Assembly: GCA_963796055.1 (NCBI GenBank)
Contig: CAWCKH010000004.1
Span: forward strand, 2,464,001-2,528,000
Direction of reading: 5' to 3'
Source of the DNA: an uncultured delta proteobacterium
GTDB taxonomy: Bacteria > Myxococcota > Myxococcia > Myxococcales > Myxococcaceae
DNA: 64,000 bases
Shown here: positions 58,352 to 64,000 of the stretch, piece by piece
Numbering within the stretch: position 1 is the first letter of the stretch
Layout of the letters: the number at the start of each line of letters is the position of its first letter
Notes under the pieces: generated by a model
Told to the model about the DNA's origin: nothing
Seen by the model: only the letters and a program-made list of their open reading frames with translations
Databases searched by the model: none
Program-made: the position numbers and the translations under genes

Positions 58352-59484
58352 GAGCTGCCCGCCGTGCGGCGGGCCCACTGCTCGACCGCGGAGGTGAGCG
58401 TGGCCGCCGCCCCGGCGCGGTGCGCCGGATCCGACTCGCTCCACCCGGGCGCGCTGACCTGGATGGCTTCCTCGAAGGGGTGGTCGGCGGCGAGCGCCTG
58501 GGAATCGATCCGTCCGGCGAAGGCCACCACCCGGGCGCCGGAGAGCCGCGCCCGCCGCGCCAGCTCGAGCGGTCCCTTCCCGCTCAGGGTCTGGGTGTCG
58601 AGCCGTCCCTCGCCGGTGAGGACCCAGTCGACGCCCTGCAGCTTTGCGTCGAGCCCCAGCAGCTTGGCCAGGTGCTCGAACCCGCGGCGGATCCGCGCGC
58701 CGCAGCCGACCAGCAGCCCGTAGGAGAGGCCTCCCGCGGCTCCGGTGCCGGGAAGGTGGGCCGCGTCGATCCCCAGGTCCCGCTCCACCATCTCGGCGAA
58801 GTGCGCCAGCGCCGCGTCGAGGATCTCCACGTCCTCGGGCGAGGCGCCCTTCTGCGGCCCGTAGACATGGCTTGCCCCGGTCGGACCGCAGAGCGGGTTG
58901 AGCACGTCGGTCATCACCGTCAGCTCGGCCTCGCGCACCGCGGGGAGCACGCCGTCGGCCACGATGCGGGCCAGCTTCCGGAGCGCTGCACCCCCGGGCG
59001 GCAGCGAGCGGCCGGAGGCGTCGAGGAACCGGTACCCCAGCGCCTGGAGCGCCCCGGCGCCGCCGTCGTTCGTCGCGCTCCCCCCGACACCCACCAGGAG
59101 CGTGCGGAAGCCGGACTCGAGCGCGTCGGCGATGAGCTCGCCCGTTCCCACGGTGGTGGCGACCCGCGCATCGCGCTCCGAGGGGTCCAGGAGCGAGAGC
59201 CCCGAGGCGCGCGCCATCTCCACCACCCCACCCCCGGCCCAGCTCGCCCACTGGGCCTGGAGCGGGCGCCCGAGCGCGTCGTGCGCCCAGGCCGTGCGCC
59301 AGGTGCCGCCGAGCGCGTCCACCAGTGCGTCGGCAGTCCCCGGTCCCCCGTCGGCCAGCGGAAGGACGCGGAGATCAGCCTCCGGCCAGCCGGCCCGGAC
59401 GCCGGCCTCCATCGCGCGGGCGGCCTGGCCGGCGGTGAGACTGCCCTTGAACTCCAGTGGGGCGACGAGGATGCGAACGGTCAC
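58348..59484 (-). CDS. Glycerate kinase
   Basis: FKGSL, PLADGG.GT, GGSATNDGG.G, GAAGG, TGEG.LD.QT..GK. Confidence 0.93.
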   Translation of the reverse strand: MTVRILVAPLEFKGSLTAGQAARAMEAGVRAGWPEADLRVLPLADGGPGTADALVDALGGTWRTAWAHDALGRPLQAQWASWAGGGVVEMARASGLSLLDPSERDARVATTVGTGELIADALESGFRTLLVGVGGSATNDGGAGALQALGYRFLDASGRSLPPGGAALRKLARIVADGVLPAVREAELTVMTDVLNPLCGPTGASHVYGPQKGASPEDVEILDAALAHFAEMVERDLGIDAAHLPGTGAAGGLSYGLLVGCGARIRRGFEHLAKLLGLDAKLQGVDWVLTGEGRLDTQTLSGKGPLELARRARLSGARVVAFAGRIDSQALAADHPFEEAIQVSAPGWSESDPAHRAGAAATLTSAVEQWARRTAGSS

Positions 59485-59831
59485 GGGGCAGGTGCGATGA
59501 CGGGCAGGCTGGGCGGCGGCGGGGGTGGCCGGTAGAGGTCGGCCGGGACCGAGTCCTCCACGCAGCGTGGCACCGGGCCGCGAGTGTCGCAATGACGGCT
59601 CGATCCACAACCCGGCCCGCAGGGGTTGTGCTCGCAGAAGCCGGTGTCGGGGTTGCACACCTGGTTGATGCCCTCGCACACCGCGAAGCAGCCCCCGGCG
59701 GCGCGGCTGAAGAGCGAGCCGATCATCCCGTAGAGGGCGAGGGCCAGCGCGCCGTCGGCCTTGGAGCTCGAGCACCCCAGGGTCGAGCCGACCAGCGCAG
59801 CCACGACGAGGAGGGACACGGGCCGGGTCAT
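59481..59831 (-). CDS. Small Cys-rich putative lipoprotein
   Basis: TLGC lipobox; 8 further Cys; Pro-rich tail; overlapping start/stop with neighbours. Confidence 0.65.
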   Translation of the reverse strand: MTRPVSLLVVAALVGSTLGCSSSKADGALALALYGMIGSLFSRAAGGCFAVCEGINQVCNPDTGFCEHNPCGPGCGSSRHCDTRGPVPRCVEDSVPADLYRPPPPPPSLPVIAPAP

Positions 59832-60289
59832 CGCTCGGCCTCCTCGAGCCACGTGCTGAGCGGCCGCGGTCCGCGCTCGTCGGGGCGGACCGAACGGGCG
59901 ATCGCCTCCAGCCGCCGCTGCAGACGGTCCATCTCCTCCGCCGGCTCCCGCCCGGGGCCAGTGGCGCGATGACAGAAGTAGGTCCGGCAGCCGAGCGGTC
60001 GCGAGGCGTACGCCGTGCACCGCCGTCCCGCGGCGTCGAGGAACCGGCAGCCTCCGTCCGGCCTCGGCTGGGGGAGCGCCGGCACCGCGCGCCGGATCGC
60101 CTCCCACTCCACGCCCCACAGCCAGGGCTCGCGTCCGCGCTTCGCAAGCTGGCAGCACCCGGCGGTGGCCGGGCAGCGGAAGCCCGACCAGGCACCGTCC
60201 GCCTGCCGGTAGACCGTCTCCAGCGACCGCGCGGCGGTGCGCTCCGCATGGGCCTGCCGGGCGCGCTCTGGACTCCAGTCCCCGGTCAT
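59828..60289 (-). CDS. YkgJ/UPF0153 cysteine-cluster protein
   Basis: C-x4-CC…CRFL…CTAYASRPLGCR. Confidence 0.85.
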   Translation of the reverse strand: MTGDWSPERARQAHAERTAARSLETVYRQADGAWSGFRCPATAGCCQLAKRGREPWLWGVEWEAIRRAVPALPQPRPDGGCRFLDAAGRRCTAYASRPLGCRTYFCHRATGPGREPAEEMDRLQRRLEAIARSVRPDERGPRPLSTWLEEAER

Positions 60290-60525
60290 GGCGAGCCTCC
60301 ATCGGGAGCGATGCCGCTGCAGAAGGGCCTCCCCGAGGGGCACTGGCCCGGCGCGACCGAACCAGCCGGACAGGTCCAGCCCCCGGGCCCACAGAGAGCG
60401 GGGGTGAAGACGTCTCCGATGCATCCACCTTCGCAACAGGAAAGGGGCGCAGGCGACTCGCACGGACTGCCGCAGCCGGCGCCAGCGATTCCGAGCAACC
60501 ACACAGCCATCAGCCAGCTCCGCAC
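60286..60525 (-). CDS. Small Cys-rich putative lipoprotein
   Basis: GAGC lipobox-like; 8 further Cys in ~60 aa; ATGA overlap with YkgJ; start uncertain. Confidence 0.5.
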   Translation of the reverse strand: MRSWLMAVWLLGIAGAGCGSPCESPAPLSCCEGGCIGDVFTPALCGPGGWTCPAGSVAPGQCPSGRPFCSGIAPDGGSP

Positions 60526-60577
60526 GGGTCCCCCGCGGCCAGGGCGCTCGCCCGGATCGATAGCGCTCCGTGGGGCG

Positions 60578-61846
60578 TCAGTCCACAACCCGCAGCACGT
60601 AGAGCTTGAGGTATCGGGTCTCGCGCAGCGCGGTGAGGACCGGATGGTCCCGGGCGGCCCCCCGGCGCTCGACGATCTGCACCCGTCGTCGCGCGTCCGC
60701 CGCTGCGGACGCCAGCATCGCCTCGAAGCGCTCCTCGTCCACGTGGTAGGTGCAGCTCGCGGTCATGAGGATGCCCCCGCGGGCGAGCAGCTGGAGCGCG
60801 CGGAGGTTGATCTCCTTGTAGCCGCGGACCGCGGACTCGATGGCGTCCTTGTTCTTCGCGAACGAAGGTGGGTCGAGCACGATGGTGTCGAAGCGGCGCC
60901 CCTCGTCCACCGCGTCGCGGAGGAAGTCGAAGGCGTTGGCGGTCACCACCTCGACGTTCTGGAACCCGTTCCGCTCCACGTTGTGGCGCAGCGCCGCGCA
61001 GGCTTGCTCGGAGATCTCCACCGCGGTGACCCGGGTGGCCCGGGTGGCGAGCTGCAGCGCAAAGCCGCCGAGGTACGAGAAGCAGTCCAGCGCCTCTCCG
61101 CGGGCGTACGTCGCCGCGAGCTGGTGGTTCTCTCGCTGGTCCAGGAATGCGCCGGTCTTCTGCCCGGCCTGCACGTCGGCGGACACGCGTACCAGGCCCT
61201 CGGAGTACTCCACCCGCTCGGGGACCTCGCCCCGCAGCACTGCCCGCCGGGGCTCGAGCCCCTCCAGGGTGCGGACGTTCACGTCGGAGCGATCCATCAC
61301 CCCACGGGGCCGGAAGTGCGCGACCAGGAGGTCGGTCAACAGCTCCCGCCGCGCCTCGGTGGCCTGGACGAGGAACTGAACCGAGAGGATGTCGCCATAG
61401 CGGTCCACCACCAGGCCGGGGAGCAGATCCGCCTCGCCGTGCACGACGCGGTAGGTGGTCTCGTCCGGGTAGAGGGCCCGCCGGAGCGCATCGGCCTGCG
61501 CGATGCGGGCAGCGAGCAGCTCGGGACCCACCGCGACGTCCTCGAACGACATCCAGCGCAGCGCGATCTTCGACGTCGACGAGTAGAACGCCTTGCCCAC
61601 AAACCAGCCGCGCGGGTCCACCACCCGGACCGCCTCGCCGCCCGCGAGCTCGGGAACCGCCGCGAGATCTGCCCGGTAGATCCACGGGTGGCCCGACTGC
61701 CAGCGCTCGGTTCCGCGCGGGGAAAGCCCGACTTGTGGCGTGCCGTCCGGCCCGATGGCCGGCGGAGGCGGCAGCGGGCGCTGGGGGCGTGGACCGCGGC
61801 GGGGCGGGCGCTGGGCGGCGCGGTGGGGACGGCTCGGCGGCGGCAT
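60578..61846 (-). CDS. rlmI: RlmI-like 23S rRNA m5C methyltransferase
   Basis: GHPWIY PUA domain, GEAD.LPGL.VDRY, GQKTG.FLDQREN, LDPPSF, TASC. Confidence 0.85.
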   Translation of the reverse strand: MPPPSRPHRAAQRPPRRGPRPQRPLPPPPAIGPDGTPQVGLSPRGTERWQSGHPWIYRADLAAVPELAGGEAVRVVDPRGWFVGKAFYSSTSKIALRWMSFEDVAVGPELLAARIAQADALRRALYPDETTYRVVHGEADLLPGLVVDRYGDILSVQFLVQATEARRELLTDLLVAHFRPRGVMDRSDVNVRTLEGLEPRRAVLRGEVPERVEYSEGLVRVSADVQAGQKTGAFLDQRENHQLAATYARGEALDCFSYLGGFALQLATRATRVTAVEISEQACAALRHNVERNGFQNVEVVTANAFDFLRDAVDEGRRFDTIVLDPPSFAKNKDAIESAVRGYKEINLRALQLLARGGILMTASCTYHVDEERFEAMLASAAADARRRVQIVERRGAARDHPVLTALRETRYLKLYVLRVVD

Positions 61847-61849
61847 GTC

Positions 61850-62776
61850 TCAGGTACCCTCGATGCGCCAGCAGCGGTGGGCGTCGTGCTGGTGGAAGTC
61901 CGGTGGAAGGCTGCGCGGGGTCAGCTCCTCGAAGCGGGCCGGCAGACCCTCCGGCTCCAGCCGGAATCCCTTGTAGTTGGTCGAGAAGTACAGCACTCCG
62001 CCCGGGGCGAGAAGGGCCAGGGCGCGCCCGAGCAGTCGCCGCTGGTCCCGCTGGACGTTGAAGTCGCCCCGCATGCCCTTGCTGGTGGAGTGCGGCGGCG
62101 GGTCGAGCACCACCAGGTCCCATTGCCCGTGGGCGTCGTCCATCCAGCGCAGACAGTCGGCCCGCAGGAGCTGGTGGTCGCCGCCCGGCACTCCGTTCAG
62201 CGCGAGGTTGCGTCCAGCCCAGTCCAGATAGGTCGCCGAGAGGTCCACGCTGGTCGTGCTCCTGGCCCCCCCGGTCGCCGCCGCCACGCTGAAGCTGCCG
62301 GTGTAGGCGAAGAGGTTGAGCATGCGCTGGCCACTGCTCTCGGCGCGCACCCGGGCCCGGCTGTTCCGGTGATCGAGGAAGAGCCCGGTGTCCAGGCGGT
62401 CCGAGAGGTTGACGATGAAGCGCATCGCCCCCTCCTGGACCTCGAACTCGGCGCCGGTATCGGCGAGCCGCGCGTAACGCGGCCGGCCCCAGGGCTGGGG
62501 GGCATGGGTCTTGGTGAAGACCAGGCCGGGGTCCACCTCGAGCACCTCCACCACCGCGGCGAGCACCGCCTCTCGATCGGGATGCCCACCGGCAGCACGC
62601 TGGGCGCGGCGCGGGTATTCCACCAGGTGAACTGCCGGCCCGTAGCGCTCGACGACGAACGGAAATTCCGGGATGTCGCGGTCGTAGACCCGCCAGGCCG
62701 TCACCCCGGCGCGTGCTGCCCACCGGCCGAGATGCCGAGCGTTCTTGCGCAGGCGGTCACGAAAGGCCGAGGACAT
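61850..62776 (-). CDS. Stand-alone RlmK-like rRNA methyltransferase (C-terminal half of RlmKL)
   Basis: RLRKN, RVYDRDIPE, DTGLFLDHR, LNLFAYTGSFSV, DLSATYL.W, DPP, FSTN. Confidence 0.85.
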   Translation of the reverse strand: MSSAFRDRLRKNARHLGRWAARAGVTAWRVYDRDIPEFPFVVERYGPAVHLVEYPRRAQRAAGGHPDREAVLAAVVEVLEVDPGLVFTKTHAPQPWGRPRYARLADTGAEFEVQEGAMRFIVNLSDRLDTGLFLDHRNSRARVRAESSGQRMLNLFAYTGSFSVAAATGGARSTTSVDLSATYLDWAGRNLALNGVPGGDHQLLRADCLRWMDDAHGQWDLVVLDPPPHSTSKGMRGDFNVQRDQRRLLGRALALLAPGGVLYFSTNYKGFRLEPEGLPARFEELTPRSLPPDFHQHDAHRCWRIEGT

Positions 62777-62803
62777 GGGCGCCGCAGTGCTTATCCTTCG
62801 AGC

Positions 62804-63475
62804 ATGCCGCCGCGCACGCCCAAGACGACCGCTGCACCCTGGGTGCCCGACCACGGCGGGCTGGCCGCGCTCCAGCAGGCCGCCCGCGCGTGCCGCGGAT
62901 GCGACCTCTGGCGAAACGCCACCCAGACCGTCTTCGGCGAGGGCCCTCCGCGCGCCGACGTGGTGCTGGTCGGGGAGCAGCCCGGGGACAAGGAGGATCT
63001 CGCCGGGCACCCGTTCGTCGGACCGGCGGGGCGGGTCCTGGACGAGGCGCTGGAGGCTGTGGGGATCGACCGCCACCACGTCTACGTCACCAACGCGGTG
63101 AAGCACTTCAAGTGGGAGCGCGGCTCTGGAAAGCGCCGGATCCACGCCAAGCCGAACCAGCTGGAGATCCAGGCCTGCCGGCCCTGGCTCGAAGCGGAGC
63201 TCTCGGTGCTTCAGCCCAGGGTGCTGGTGTGCCTCGGCTCCACCGCGGCCCAGGCGCTGCTCGGCCGCAGCTTCCGGGTGACGGTGCACCGGGGGGAGTG
63301 GGTCCCCTCGCCGCTGGCGCCGCACGTGCTCGCCACCGTGCACCCATCCTTTATCCTCAGGGCGCCCGACGAGGCGGCGCGCGCGGAGGCGATGGAGGCG
63401 TTCATCCGCGACCTCCGGCCCGTGGCCCGCCTCCTCGCTTCAGCGGAGACGCGCTCAGCAGCACCTGGGTCCTGA
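62804..63475 (+). CDS. udgX: UdgX-type family 4 uracil-DNA binding protein
   Basis: CRGC Fe-S ligands, GEQPG, NAVKHFKW, KRRIH R-loop, HPS. Confidence 0.9.
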   Translation: MPPRTPKTTAAPWVPDHGGLAALQQAARACRGCDLWRNATQTVFGEGPPRADVVLVGEQPGDKEDLAGHPFVGPAGRVLDEALEAVGIDRHHVYVTNAVKHFKWERGSGKRRIHAKPNQLEIQACRPWLEAELSVLQPRVLVCLGSTAAQALLGRSFRVTVHRGEWVPSPLAPHVLATVHPSFILRAPDEAARAEAMEAFIRDLRPVARLLASAETRSAAPGS

Positions 63476-64000
63476 GGGCGACTGCCTCGTCCTCCCAGGC
63501 CTCGAGTGCTCGCAGGACGTCCTGCGCCTGCCGGTCGCGATCCGCCCGGAGCCGCTGGAGGACCGTGTCCGTGCCTTGCGTGCTCGCATCCCCGTGGCTG
63601 TCCACCAGCTGGATACGCACGTCGGTGTCGTGCAGGGTTCCGATCGCTTCCTGGAGTGGGACGAGGCTCTCGAGGATCTGCTTCACCTCGGCCGGCATGG
63701 CAGGCTCGAGCAGCTCGAGCGCGTAGCGAAACCGCTTCACCGATTTCCGGAGCTCGTGCATCGGGGTGGGGGAGGGGTCCTGCTGGGCGTCGATGACCCG
63801 CGCCTCGAGCTCCTCGAGGTCGGAGACGAGCCGATCACGGAGACGGTGCCCTCCGAGCTTCCCCCGGGGTTCGAGCCCGACCAGCCGGCCGAGGGCCTCC
63901 GGCCCGCGCTTCTTCCACCGGTCGAGGGCGGCGCGCAGCGCCTCCACCTTCTCGGGGAGGCCACCGGCAATCCGTTCCCGGACGTGCCGGAGGGCGGTGC
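63402..64000 (-). CDS. CHAD-domain protein (5' part outside the window)
   Basis: HELRKSVKRFRYALE, LQEAIGTLHD; frame open to window edge. Confidence 0.85.
   Translation of the reverse strand, partial: TALRHVRERIAGGLPEKVEALRAALDRWKKRGPEALGRLVGLEPRGKLGGHRLRDRLVSDLEELEARVIDAQQDPSPTPMHELRKSVKRFRYALELLEPAMPAEVKQILESLVPLQEAIGTLHDTDVRIQLVDSHGDASTQGTDTVLQRLRADRDRQAQDVLRALEAWEDEAVALRTQVLLSASPLKRGGGPRAGGRG

Overview
High-GC chromosomal segment, almost certainly from a myxobacterium (Myxococcota), judged from carD-carG, a digR-like regulator, PilZ/FHA/Ser-Thr kinase genes and Cys-rich lipoproteins. The core is a complete division and cell wall (dcw) cluster (mraZ-STAS-rsmH-ftsL-ftsI-murE-murF-mraY-murD-ftsW-murG-murC // murB-ddl-ftsQ-ftsA-ftsZ), split between murC and murB by a ~4.9 kb block of seven stress/detox-type genes. 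Upstream are a LuxR-FMO pair, carD-carG (CarD with a histone-H1-like tail), a Ser/Thr kinase, an acyl-CoA dehydrogenase, a secreted Cys-repeat/beta-helix lipoprotein and an ECF sigma/anti-sigma/DUF1800/DUF1501 operon. Downstream are biotin carboxylase-BCCP-crotonase, digR-like, FHA-TPR, GT39-ABC, SPFH, a gluzincin lipoprotein, epmA-plsC-ppa, glycerate kinase, two rRNA methyltransferases, udgX and a partial CHAD gene. Three single-base insertions (DUF1800, rsmH, ftsW) look like sequencing errors. I saw no rRNA, tRNA, CRISPR array, integrase or transposase. All family calls come from motif recognition by eye, not from database searches, and start codons are best estimates.
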